Assembly (NCBI RefSeq): GCF_963921235.1
Contig: NC_086104.1
Coordinates: 115,072,001-115,136,000 of the forward strand
DNA length: 64,000 nucleotides
Origin: Mobula hypostoma
Lineage: Eukaryota
Direction of reading: 5' to 3'
Every line of letters starts with the position of its first letter. Within the stretch, counting starts at the first letter, position 1. The notes below the pieces were generated by a model. The model ran no database searches. It worked only from the letters and a program-made list of their open reading frames with translations, and had not been told where the DNA came from. Positions 38,190-50,902 of the stretch are shown here, piece by piece. The position numbers were made by a program, and so were the translations under genes.

Positions 38190-39140
38190 GTAACCAAAAC
38201 CATATAACAATTACAGCACGAAACAGGCCATCTCGGCCCTTCTAGTCCGTGCCAAACGCTTACTCTCACCTACTCCCACTGACCTGCACTCAGCCCATAA
38301 CCCACCATTCCTTTCCTGTCCATATAGCTGTCCAATTTAACTTTAAATGACAACATCAAACCTGCCTCAACCACTTCTGCTGGAAGCTAGTTCCACACAG
38401 CCACCACTCTCTGAGTGAAGAAGTTTCCCCTCATGTTACCCCTAAACTTTTGCCCCCTAACTCTCAACTCATGTCCTCTTGTTTGAATCTCCCCCACTCT
38501 CAATGGAAAAAAGCCTATCCACGTCAACTCTATCTATCCCCTTCATAATTTTAAATACCTCTATCAAGTCCCCCCTCAACCTTCTACGTTCCAAAGAATA
38601 AAGACCCAACTTGTTCAACCTTTCTCTGTAACTTAGGTGATGAAACCCAGGTAACATTCTAGTAAATCTTCTCTGTACTCTCTCTATTTTGTTGACATCT
38701 TTCCTATAATTTGGTGACCAAAACTGTACAGAATACTCCAAATTTGGTCTCGCCAATACCTTGTACAATTTCAACACCTCATCCCAACTCCTATACTCAA
38801 TGCTCTGATTTATAAAGGCCAGCATACCAAAAGCTTTCTTCACCACCCTATCCACATGAGATTCCATCTTCAGGGAACTATGCATCATTATTCCTAGGAC
38901 CCTCTGTTCTACTGCATTCTTCAATGCCCTACCATTTACCATGTATGTCCTATTTTGATTAGTCCTACCAAAATGTAGCACCTCACATTTATCAGCATTA
39001 AACTCCATCTGCCATCTTTCAGCCCACTCTTCTAACTGGCCTAAATCTCTCTGCATGCTTTGAAAACCTACTTCATTATCCACAACTCCACATATCTTAG
39101 TATCATCTGCATACTTACTAATCCAATTTACCACCCCATC
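38190..39140 (-). mobile_element. 5'-truncated CR1 LINE inserted in Gypsy A
   Basis: ORF 38469-39134: SKYADDTK..WQMEFNADKC..RPNLEYSVQFWSP..LERRRLRGDLIE. Confidence 0.9.
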
Positions 39141-39639
39141 ATATAGATCTAGATCTAGTAAGTGATGCTTGGTTTAAAGAATTCACATCTGGTGTATGTC
39201 ACCCCCAGCCACAATGGCAACACAATTAGTTAGGCCAGGAGGGTTTCTGTTTAGACCTTACAATTTTGTTCATGCTCATTTTCATTCCTGCCAGCAACTC
39301 TATTGTTTCCATTGATACAGCAATTTCAACGGCTCCTTTAAATATGAGAAGGTTTCAGGTAGGAGCCTTTTTGAATGATTTTTTTGTGAGATTCCAGAAA
39401 CTAAATGATTTCTCAGTCCATCAATAAACCCATCACTGAACAGACAATGCTCAGGCAACTTCTTCAATTCAGCAACATGCACTGAAATGGACTTCCCTTT
39501 GTTTTGATTCCGCTTATGAAAGCTAAAGTGTTCTCCAATCAATGATGGTTTCGGCTCTAAGTGTTCCTGCATTATATTTATGACATCAGCAAAGCTCATT
39601 TCAGCTGATTTAACAACTTTGCCTCCAACTTCCACCCTG

Positions 39640-39795
39640 ACCTTGAATCTATGTGGTCCATTTCCAATACCTCCCTCCCCTTTCTCAATCTCCGTGTCCC
39701 TGTCTCCAGATGTCTACTATAAACCCACTGATTCTCATCCATGTGGCAGACAACTCCTTCCAGTCCCTCCGAAGTTCCACTCATCCTCATCTTAA
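39640..39795 (+). mobile_element. Short Penelope RT fragment
   Basis: DVYYKPTDSH motif, also present at ~45050 and 62820. Confidence 0.55.
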
Positions 39796-40596
39796 GGAGT
39801 TCAGGGGCTGATGAGATGCTGAAAGGGAGTCTCCTGAAAGCATAACCATCCATAAGGTCTGATAAAGGTTGTGTGCTTCAATGACTCAGGAGTTAAATAG
39901 ATCTGTCAGAACAGTGAGTTTGCATCTAGTTGGTGAAGAACTTTGCTCCACCTGGCATATCTATTGTGTGCTCAACCAAGAGCAGAATAAACTGCTCCCA
40001 CCTCACTGCATTATCCAATTTTGTTAGATCAACACAGATCCTCATTGTGCCATCCAACTTGGGCACAGGAACCATACCCGCACACCAGTCAGTCGGTCCA
40101 TTCACTCTGGTTATGGTTTCAAGGTCCATTCTCTCAAGTTCAGCTTTAGCTTTGTTCATCAATGGGACTGGTACACCTTGCTGTGGTCAGAGAGTAGGGC
40201 ATCACTCCTGGCCTCAGTTGGATAAAGTACTTTTCTTTCAGTGCCCCCAGGCCCATGAACAACCCCGGGTACTTCTCCTGCCACTGAATGTTGTTTAGCA
40301 AATCCAACCTTGCAATCAGGTTCAGCTTCTCGATGGCATGACATCCTAGCAGTGGTGAGAAGAGATTCTGAACAACACAGATATCCTCATTTATACAGAC
40401 AGAAGTAGTAAACATTCCTTTCACACTAAGCTTATGTTTCCCTGGCCCCCGAGAACTTGCTTCGCTGTGTTTAGCATAGTGCCCGTTTTCTTCACCAGTT
40501 TTGTGAAAAGACATTTGGGGATGGCTGTGACATTTGCCCCAGTGTTTATTTTGATCATCACTGCCTCATTTGGCAACTGAACCATAGTACACCAGT

Positions 40597-41357
40597 CTAG
40601 ATCTCCAAGGAAAGCTCTCTCTTTGTCTGAGTAATGGTCTTTGACCTCCTGAAGAACTGGTTTCCAGTTGCACTGCCTTTTAAAATGGCCATTGCACTGG
40701 TGCGTCTAGATCTCCAAGGAAAGCTCTCTCTTTGTCTGAGTAATGGTCTTTGACCTCCTGAAGAACTGGTTTCCAGTTGCACTGCCTTTTAAAATGGCCA
40801 TTGCACTGGTGCGTCTAGATCTCCAAGGAAAGCTCTCTCTTTGTCTGAGTAATGGTCTTTGACCTCCTGAAGAACTGTTTTCCAGTTGCACTGCCTTTTA
40901 AAATGGCCATTGCACTGGTGCATCTAGATCTCCAAGGAAAGCTCTCTCTTTGTCTGAGTAATGGTCTTTGACCTCCTGAAGAACTGGTTTCCAGTTGCAC
41001 TGCCTTTTAAAATGGCCATTGCACTGGTGCGTCTAGATCTCCAAGGAAAGCTCTCTCTTTGTCTGAGTAATGGTCTTTGACCTCCTGAAGAACTGGTTTC
41101 CAGTTGCACTGCCTTTTAAAATGGCCGTTGCACTGGTGCGTCTAGATCTCCAAGGAAAGCTCTCTCTTTGTCTGAGTAATGGTCTTTGACCTCCTGAAGA
41201 ACTGTTTTCCAGTTGCACTGCCTTTTAAAATGGCCATTGCACTGGTGCGTCTAGATCTCCAAGGAAAGCTCTCTCTTTGTCTGAGTAATGGTCTTTGACC
41301 TCCTGAAGAACTGGTTTCCAGTTGCACTGCCTTTTAAAATGGCCATTGCACTGGTGC
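40597..41357. repeat. 109-bp tandem repeat, 7 copies, at the Gypsy B gag-protease junction
   Basis: ctagatctccaaggaaagc starts at 40597, 40706, 40815, 40924, 41033, 41142 and 41251. Confidence 0.97.
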
Positions 41358-41695
41358 CATTTTACTTCTTTTGGTGGACAGAGACTTGAAACATCTCCTG
41401 CAGACGGGCATTTTACCTGCTCTTTGTTATGTTTGTCTGTTTTCTTTGAGCTGAGCTCTACTGTCACCTCTTTCTGTAGTCTTTCTGACTGCATCTTGTT
41501 TGTACCCTTCTTCTAGTACAGCTTTTAGCTTTACTTTGGCATCGTTTTCGTGCCTGAGTTCTGCCTGTTGCTGACAAACATTCTCACTCTGCCCAACCAT
41601 AGTAATAGCTTTCTCTAGTCAGAGATTTGCCTGCAACTGAAGTCCCTCTGACAATTTGGTGTCTAGTAGCCCAACAACAATCCTGCCTCTAATGA

Positions 41696-41832
41696 CAACA
41701 ACAGGAATGCTGCAGATGCTGGAAATTCAAGCAACACACATAAAAGTTGCTGCTGAACGCAGCAGACCAGGCAGCATCTCTAGGAACAGGTGCTACCTGG
41801 CCTGCTGCATTCACCAGCAACTTTTATGTGTG
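41696..41832. mobile_element. 137-bp hairpin mini-element made of inverted Penelope pLTR ends, with 13-bp TSD
   Basis: TSD ctgcctctaatga at 41683-41695 and 41833-41845. Arms ~41735-41777 and 41791-41832 are imperfect reverse complements. Confidence 0.75.
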
Positions 41833-44800
41833 CTGCCTCTAATGAGCTCATCTCTCAGATTTCCATATACAATACACTGTTGTCTGACAGGCCACACAAT
41901 GCTGTGATGAAGTCATTTACACTTTCATCAGACTCCTACTTTCTGGAGTTAAACTTTGACCTCTCATATATCACATTTTGCTTTCCCGTGAAACATTCTT
42001 TGAATTTGACCTGCACTGTTTTGTACTCCTTTTTCTGAGCATCTCTCAGGCCTAATCCACCCAAGATGTCATCTGCTTTGTCATCCATGCAGTATATCAG
42101 TGGGCCTACTTGATGCACTTCTGAAGCCTGAGTGAGATTGCTTACAACCCAAAATATCTCAAAGCATTTGAGCCATCACTCAAAGTCCCCTGGTTTAGAG
42201 AAATCAAATGATGTACCAGGGGCTCTTTATTAGGTAAGATGAAGGTACTTGCTCCATTTTCCTGTGTGTTTGTTTATTTATTATTTTATTTATTTGGACT
42301 ACAAAAGTCTTCTTTTCTCTCCCTGAGAGTTTGACTGACTTCTATGACTTCTCTGCTGTGTCTGTGCCTCTGTGCACTTCCCCAGGCTAGGAGCTCACAG
42401 ATTATTACAATGTATCCACTTTTGGGTGCAGCTTGAAGGTGTTACCTAGAAACCCTTGCTCTTTCTCAGCTCACAAACTATGTGTTAGAAACCATCATAG
42501 GCAGTCAAGTCTCTGATATTTTTCATAAATATTTGCGAACAAGAATAGTCTTACTGTAAATTCTTTCCTTTTAGGGATCTCACTTGGTCTGTAGCACCAA
42601 TTCATCGACAATCAACCACTTCTGACACCGCATTGGCTGCAGCCGAACTTTATTAACAACACTGCTTGCAGAATATGTGAACTTCTCCATGAGGGAGTGG
42701 CTAACTGAGTAGCATAGCAGTAACATGATTAACTACCACTACACTGTGCAGACCAACCATTGATTATGAACAGAAGATTTTTACACAGCCTGAGGACTGT
42801 GCGGTACTTTAAACATTTTTTGTAATATGCACATCAAATAAACACAAACCCCAACTCACAAAACAAATTATGTCAGACAGTCAAAACAACTGACAAGTAC
42901 AATGACAAAATGTTTGGACTAGATGGTGCGTTCAGCTGGCCAGTGGTTCATTAACAATGAGCTACAGACTTCCATTCTGGTTTACTGTTACAATTTGTAA
43001 TAGTGTTATAACTTGAAACACTGACAATGTAAACACTCTGGAGCTCTAAAATGCTTTAAAGTAAATGTTGCAGAAGTATATTATTCAGAAAATTTATGGA
43101 TTACATTCATTGACACGTAATTACAGAGTATTTCATATTTACATTATAATAAAAGAAAATTCCAGCTGTGTGGCAACAAAGGCTATATGCACAGGAGCAC
43201 TTTAGTTACTGAATGGCCCCGCACCCCCGTAGTCTAGAGGGATCAGTCCTCTTCCCTCAAACCCCCACCCCGCCTCCCTCCAAATGCCTCAGCCTCGCTT
43301 TCCCCTCCAATTCCCTTGCTTCCCTTGGCTGTCCGTTGTCAACGTCTGCACGCGATGCCATTTCCCTACACACGAAGCTGTCGACCCACAATGACCAACG
43401 CACCTGAGCACTGCGCCGGCTGTCGTAATTGCCGTAGAGTAACTGCGCGGGCACGAAGCCGCCTGGCTGTTCTGCCGGCTGGGTGTGTGCAGACAGTTAT
43501 CTCGATTGGCAGGAAAAAGGACAGGGGGGCAGAGGGAGAGGAAAGGAGGATGAGAAAGAGAGGGAAATGGGAGAGAGGGAGGGGGAAGAGAGAGAGAGTG
43601 GGAGAGTTGGAGAAAGGGAGAGACGGAGAGAATGTGGGAGAGAAGGAAAGTCGGAGATAAGGTTAGTGGGAGAGAGGGAGAGTGGAAGAGTGTGAGATGA
43701 ATAGAGCGAGAGTGGGTGGGAGAGAGGGAAAGTTGGAGAGTGGGGGCGGGGGGGTTCTCTTCTATTAAGAACAACATTTCCAAGGTAGTTCCCAGGAGCC
43801 ACCTCTCAACCAGGGTGTTTGTTAATATTAATATTCACCACTACCTTCAAAGCTCTATTATAATCTATGGAGGAAGAAGATGAAACTAGAAAATCTGAGA
43901 CCTCATACCTGGCACAAGATCACAGGAAATGTTTCTGGCCAGCCTGTACAATTCAAAACAGCTTCTTAGGACACTGGAAAAATGCCACCAGCCATGTCTC
44001 TGCAAATTCACTGGGAAGATCCCTTGGCTTTGCTCTGTAGTAGGGAGCAGTGCTTTGAGAGTTGGGATTCTGTGGGATGGGCAGTACAGATGGAGAGAGG
44101 AGCTCTTCTTCATTGTTTCAGATTCCAGCAAGTCTCTTGTGTCTGGCGTCTGCTATGCACTGTACATCGCAGTCTTACTTCACTATTAAATCTGAGGCTT
44201 TGCTGCCCTCTCATGGTGATTTAGATGGCAGAACTGTACTCAAAGTTCAATTTTATTATTAAAGTATGTTACCACATGGTGTATTACCTTGAGATTCATT
44301 TTCTTGCAATCATTCACAGGAAATAAAAAATACAATATAATTTATGAAAAACTATACAAAAGCAGACAACTATACAACAGACAACCAATGTGCTAAAGGA
44401 GATAAACTGAAATACTGAGAACATGAGCTGAATAGAAACCTTGAAATTTGGTCTGTAGGTCGCAGAATCAGTTCAGTGTTGAGGTGAGTTAAGTTACCCA
44501 TGCTGGTTTGGGAGTCTAATGGTTCCTGACCCTGGAGCATGAGGTGCAGACCTAAGGCTTCTGCACCTCATGCTCACTGGTAGCAGAAAGAAGATGAGAT
44601 GCCCTGGGTAAGGTGGTGCCTTTTAATCAGGGCAGTGATCGAGCTTTCAAAGGCAGAGTTTCATGGCAGTTTCTCTGAGTTGAAGAGTGACCAATCAGCA
44701 GGATGCATTGCGTAGAAAGAGCTGCCTTTTAGTCAGGTCTGTGTTCAAGATTTAAAAAGCAGAGCTTCAAGCCATTTTTCCCTGAGTTGGACAATCAGCG

Positions 44801-45867
44801 TCAGGTGTGTGTCAAAGGAGCTACTTTTTAATCAATTAAACCTATTCTGATACTGCTCCCCAACTTTTCCTTCGGTACATTGACGACTATATTGGTGCTG
44901 TTTCCTGCACCCATGCTGAGCTCGTCAATTTCATCGACTTTACTTCTAACTAACACCCAGCCCTCAAATTCACTTGGTCTATCTCGGACACTTCTCTCCC
45001 CTTTCTTGATCTCTCGGTCTCCATCTCTGGAGACAGACTGTCCACTGACATCTTCTACAAGCTCACTGACTCTCATAACTACCTCAACTATACCTCTTCC
45101 CACCCCGCCACATGCAAAAATGCCATTCCCTATTCCCAGTTCCTCCATCTCCACCGCATCTGCTCCGAGGATGAGGCTTTCCGTTCCAGGACATCTCAAA
45201 TGTCATCTTTCTTTAAGGATCGTGGTTCCCTTCTACCGTCATCAATGATGCCCTCACCCACATCTTCTCCATTTCCCGCACTTCCGCCCTCACCCCATCC
45301 TCCCCCAACCACAACAGGGACAGAGCTCCCCTTGTCCTTACCTACCACCCCACCAGCCTTCGGATCCAGCACATTATCCTCCGCAACTTCCGCCACCTTC
45401 AACAGGACCCCATCACTAAGCACATCTTTCCCTCTCCACCCCTCTCCACTTTCCGCAGGGATCGGTCCCTCCGCGACTCCCTGGTCCACATGTCCCTCCC
45501 CATGGATCTCCCACCCGGCACTTATCCCTGTAAGCGCAAGTACTACACCTGTCCCTATACCTCCTCTATTGCCACCATTCAGGGCCCCAAACAGTCCTTC
45601 CAAGTGAGGCAACATTTCACTTATAAGTCTGTTGGGGTTATCTATTGCATCCAGTGCTCCCGATGCGGCCCCCTCTACATCGGTGAAACCAGACGCAGAT
45701 TGGGGGACCGCTTCGTCAAGCACATTCCGCTCCGTCCGCCACAACAGACAGGATCTCCCAGTAGCCACCAACTTCAACTCTGCTTCCGGACTTCCACCTG
45801 TAGCTCAATGGAGTAACACATAAATTTTGTGGCTGCCTTTAATTCCTCCTTTTCCCCAGTTTAAACC

Positions 45868-46701
45868 TTGAATTATTCAACTTTTACTTTCTGGGTCTTG
45901 GAGGGAAATAGTGGTCATTATGTCATATCCTTTAAGAAGTGGAAAACACCTTTTGAACCCAGCAATGGAAAGGGAAAAACTTCAAAAGAAAAATCAGAAG
46001 ATATGCCTGTCTGGGCTGAGCATTTGGAAGGTGCGTTGATGGGTCTCGATAACAAAATGAACAATAACACTTCTGAGTTGAAGTCGTTCCGACAGAGTTT
46101 ACAGACTATTGAGGAAAATATTCTTTCCTTGAATACTGAGTTTAAAGAATCGAAACGTCAGATTGTGGATATTTCAACCCGATTGGAACAGGCTCAACGC
46201 AAAATTGTCGATTTAGAGGCAAAGTCTTGTCGGAATAACATTTGTATTCTGGGTCTTCAGGAAGGCTCCGAAAATTGGAATTTTTTGGATTATTTTGCCA
46301 GTCTGTTTCAATCTCTGTTCCCGGATATTCTATCTCAGCCTCCCGATATTGAAAGAGCTCACAGAATTTTCACTTCGTCAGATAAAGCTCGACCAATTTT
46401 AGTCAACTTTCCTCACTTTAAAGTTAAAGACCAAATCATAAAATGTTCAAGAAAACAGAAAGTTTTTAAATTTAACGGTTCCGAGATCTGTTTTTATGAA
46501 GATTATCCACGGGAAGTTATGGAACAGCGGATCAAATTCATATCGGTCATGAAGATCACTCACGAAAAAAGACTTTTTCCATCCTTGAGATATCCAGTGA
46601 GACTAAAGTTATTTTCTAAAGATTCTACCCCTCGTGTCTTCTTGGATCCCCAAACGCCATCGGATTTTAGCAATTCTGTTGTGGAATCGGCTGATGCCTG
46701 A
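45868..46701 (+). CDS. L1 ORF1 (coiled-coil, RRM, CTD type); start codon uncertain
   Basis: IVDLEAKSCRNNICILGLQEG, IERAHR, RPILVNF and FYEDY motifs. Confidence 0.75.
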   Translation: MNYSTFTFWVLEGNSGHYVISFKKWKTPFEPSNGKGKTSKEKSEDMPVWAEHLEGALMGLDNKMNNNTSELKSFRQSLQTIEENILSLNTEFKESKRQIVDISTRLEQAQRKIVDLEAKSCRNNICILGLQEGSENWNFLDYFASLFQSLFPDILSQPPDIERAHRIFTSSDKARPILVNFPHFKVKDQIIKCSRKQKVFKFNGSEICFYEDYPREVMEQRIKFISVMKITHEKRLFPSLRYPVRLKLFSKDSTPRVFLDPQTPSDFSNSVVESADA

Positions 46702-48037
46702 AGGATATTAGACTCTTCGAATAATTTTCTGAAATAAAACAGGTTTTGAAGATTTCGGTATGCTGAAGATATTTTTTGATCGATGGATTACTTAAAGAAG
46801 AGGTGATCTTCTTGGTTTGACTTAAGAATGACTTTTTTTTGAAGACTGTTTAGTATACGGAGTGAATTAATACAGCAGATAGATTGTGAACTGGTTTGAT
46901 TATGTTTCTATTTTTCTTTTTCTTTATTAATTAAGTGATAGTTTGCTTAAAGTTTATATAGACTGTTTTCTTATATTATGGAGTGTTTAGTAATAGATAA
47001 TTAGCTTTAATTCTTTTGTTAAATAAGGTAGTAAGTTAAAGAATAATGGCGCTGTTTTTCTCTCTTTAGAGATTAAACTGCTTGGGTTAATAGTATTGTT
47101 TTGGTGTCTTTGGAGACTGTCTTCGCATTCCCTTAGCTTATTTTCAATGATTAAGTATAAACATTTTTTTCTTTGCTGGGCTTTCTTATCCTAAGGTTAC
47201 ATATTTTCTTTGTAAGGGGGAGGGGGGAATTGGGAGAAAAAAATTTTTAACCACTATTTAAATTGAGCGGCATGCGGAATTCCATTCTTATTTTTCTTTT
47301 CTTGGGGATGCGTTCCGGCTTTTTCTCTCTTTTGCCGGATTTCCTTCTTTGGGGGTGGTGGGAGGTTTGGGGGTATTTTTGTACTTTGGGGTTTATTGTG
47401 GGTTTTTTTCACACACACTTTCTATGTTTTTCCCATTATGGAGTTCCGGAGCATGCGCGTTTTCTATTCACCGCCATCTTTGATTAGCCCGCGATGGTAT
47501 GCGTGTATTGTCGTGTTTAAGAATAATATCCAATGGTACTTAAACAGATAAACATTATTAATTGGAATGTACATGGCTGGAATCACCCTATTAAGCGAAG
47601 GAAGACTTTTAAAGTTATTAATCGATTCCAGCCCGATATAATTTTTGCTCAAGAAACGCATAACAGAACCGGCGATCAAAATAGATATTTTAAAACATGA
47701 AAGGGCCTTCAATGCCATGCTACTTGTCAAAATAAAACAAAAGGAGTATCTATTTTTATTAAATCTAATATTTCATTTATTCAAGAAGACATTGTCTCAG
47801 ATAATAATGGTAGATTTTTAATTATTAAAGGAACAATTTGTAATAGAAAAATTGTCCTGGTTAATCTATACAGACCTAATGTAGATGATCCTTTTTTAAA
47901 AAATGTATTTGGTTTATTACCAGACTTAAATGATTATATGCTGCTGATGGGAGGTGATTTCAACTGTTGTTTAAACCCTTTGACTGACAAAAGTTCAACC
48001 AATCAGCAGCTTCCAAGTCGTTCGGCAACACTTATTA

Positions 48038-50902
48038 GAAACCATAGAAACTACAGCACAGAAACAGGCCTTTTGGGCCTTCTTGGCTGTGCCGAACCAT
48101 TTTCAGCCTAGTCCCACTGACCTGCACATGGACCATATCCCTCCATACACCTCCCATCCATGTATCTGTCCAATTTATTCTTAAATGTTAAAAAAGAACC
48201 TGCATTTACCACCTCCTCTGTCAGCTCATTCCATACTCCCACCACTTTCTGTGTGAAGAAGCCCCACTAATGTTCCCTTTAAACTTTTCCCCCCTCACCC
48301 TTAACCCATGTCTTCTGGTTTTTTTCTATCTATACCCATCATAATTTTATATACCTCTATCAAATCTCCCCTCATTCTTCTGCGCTCCAGGGAATAAAGT
48401 CCTAACCTATTCAACCTTTCTCTGTAACTGAGTTTCTCAAGTCCTGGCAACATCCTTGTAAACCTTCTCTGCACTCTTTCAACCTTATTAATATCCTTCC
48501 TGTAATTTGGTGACCAAAACTGAACACAATACTCCAGATTTGGCCTCACCAATGCCTTATATAACCTCATCATAACATTCCAGCTCTTATTCAATACTTT
48601 GAATAATAAAGGCCAATGTACCAAAAGCTCTCTTTACAACCCTATCTACTTGTGATGCTACCTTTAGGGAATTTTGTATCTGTATTCCCAGGTCCCTCTG
48701 TTCCACTGCACTCCTCAGTGCCTTACCATTAACCCCGTATGTTCTACCTTGGTTTGTCCTTCCAACGTGCAATACCTCATACTTGTCTGTATTAAACTCC
48801 ACCTGCCATTTTTCAGCCCATTTTTCCAGCTGGTCCAAGTCCCTCTGCAGGCTCTGAAAACCTTCCTCACTGTCTACTACACCTCCCATCTATGTATCAT
48901 CAGCAAATTTGCTGATCCAATTTACCACATTATCATCCAGATCATTGATATAGATGACAAATAACAATGGACCCAGCACTGATCCCTGTGGCACACCACT
49001 AGTCACAGGCCTCCACTCGGAGAAGCAATTCGCTACTACCACTCTTTGGCTTCTTCCATTGAGCCAATGTCTAATCCAATTTACCACCTCTCCATGTATA
49101 CCTAGCGACTGAATTTTCCTAACTAACCTCTCATGCGGGACCTTGTCAAAGGCCTTACTGAAGTCCATGTAGACAATATCCACTGCCTTCCCTTCATCCA
49201 CTTTCCTGGTAATCTCCTCGAAAAACTCCAACAGATTGATCAAACATGATCTACCATGCACAAAGCCATGCTGACTCTCCCTAATAAATCCCTGTCTATC
49301 CAAATGCTTGTAGATTCTGTCTCTTAGTACTCCCTCCAATAACTTACCTACCACCGACGTTAAACTTACTGGCCTATAATTTCCCGGATTACTTTTCAAT
49401 CCTTTTTTAAACAACGGAACAACATGAGCCACTCTCCAATCCTCCGGCACCTCACCTGTAGACAACGATATTTTAAATATTTCTGCCAGGGCCCCTGCAA
49501 TTTCTACACTAGTCTCCTTCAAGGTCCGAGGGAACACCCTGTCAGGTCCAAAGGATTTATCCACTTTAATTTTCCTCAAGACAGCAAGGACCTCCTCCTT
49601 TTCAATCTGTACAGTTTCCATGATCTCACTACTTGTTTCCCTTAATTCCATAGACTTCATGCCAGTTTCCTTAGTAAATACAGATGCAAAAAACCTATTT
49701 AAGATCTCCCCCATTTCCTTTAGTTCCGCACATAGCCAACCACTCTGATCTTCAAGAGGATCAATTTTATCCCTTACAACCCTTTTGCTCTTAATATACC
49801 TGTAAAAGCTCTTTGGATTATCCTTCACTTTGACTGCCAAGGCAACCTCATGTCCTCTTTTAGCCCTCCTGATTTCTTTCTTACGTATTTTCTTGCACTT
49901 CTTATACTCCTCAAGCACCTTATTTACTCCCTGCTTCCTATACATGTCATACAACTCCCTCTTCTTCTTTATCAGAGTTGCAATATCCCTTGAGAACCAA
50001 GGTTCCTTATTCCTATTCACTTTGCCTTTAATCCTGACAAAAACATACAAATTCTGCACTCTCAAAATTTCTCCTTTGGAAGCTTCCCACCTACCGATCA
50101 CATCCTTGCCAGAGAACAACCTGTCCCAATCCACGCTTTTTAGATCCTTTCTCATTTCTTCAAATTTGGCCTTCTTCCAGTTAAGAACCTCATCCCTAGG
50201 ACCAGATCTATCCTTGTCCATGACCAAGTTGAAACTAATGGTGTTATGATCACTGGAACCAAAGTGCTCCCCTACACAGACTTCCATCACTTGTCCTTAC
50301 TCGTTTCCAAACAGGACCTCCAATATTGCATCCCCTCTAGTTGGTCCCTCTATATATTGATTTAGAAAACTTTCCTGAACACATTTTACAAACTCTAAAC
50401 CATCTAAACCCCTAACAGTATGGGAGTCCCAATCAATATATGGAAAATTAAAATCCCCTACCACCACAACTTTATGTTTCCTGCAGTTGCCTGTTATCTC
50501 TCTGCAGATTTGCTCTTCCAATTCTCGTTGACTATTTGGTGGTCTGTAATACAATGCCACTAATGTGGCCATACCTTTCCTGTTTCTCAGCTCCACCTAT
50601 AAGGACTCAGTAGACAAGCCCTCTAATCTGCCCTGCCTGAGCACTGCTGTAATATTTTCCCTAACAAGCAATGCTACTCCCCCACCTTTCATTCCTCTGC
50701 CTCGATCACATCTGAAACATCGGAACCCTGGAATATTAAGCTGCCAGTCCTGCCCCTCCTGTAGCCAAGTTGCTATAACGTCATAATTCCACGTGTCAAT
50801 CCACGCCCTCAACTCATCCGCCTTCCCCGCAATACTCCTAGCATTGAAATATATACACCTCAGAAGATTTTTACCACCACCCACAACCTTTCTATCAGCG
50901 GA
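48038..50902 (-). mobile_element. CR1 LINE (ORF2 nearly complete, frameshifted) inserted into the L1 endonuclease
   Basis: YFNARSI.., [23 protein letters not shown] and SKFADD motifs. gaaaccatagaaac tail at 48038. Apparent 6-bp TSD ttatta at 48032-48037 and 50903-50908. Confidence 0.9.

Larger units (their letters stand above)
35499..39620 (-). mobile_element. Decayed Ty3/Gypsy element A (3' LTR ~35499-35715, integrase, RNase H, gag), interrupted by CR1 and a 39-bp repeat
   Basis: LTR starts tgttatgg; PPT-like aagcagagaggag on the minus strand. Integrase motifs HVDFAGPF, SDNGPQF and PYHPATNG..ER are present; gag-like EHLEPKP..FHKRNQ at 39300-39620. Confidence 0.8.
39796..42630 (-). mobile_element. 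Decayed Ty3/Gypsy element B (PBS-like site, gag, protease, RT N-terminal part)
   Basis: cggtgtcagaagtgg (PBS-like) near 42617-42630; gag LIYCMDDKADDIL; protease-like KINTGANVT; RT motifs PTDWCAGMVPVPK..RICVDL and FRRLPFSISSAP. Confidence 0.75.

Noticed and set aside
40597-41327. Six tandem 61-aa ORFs as a small-peptide gene cluster
   Set aside because: They are a direct product of the 109-bp repeat, overlap each other and lie within Gypsy gag-pro sequence.
36549-41357. 39-bp and 109-bp arrays (and the 27-mer) as CRISPR arrays
   Set aside because: Units are contiguous with no unique spacers, there are no cas genes, and the context is eukaryotic.
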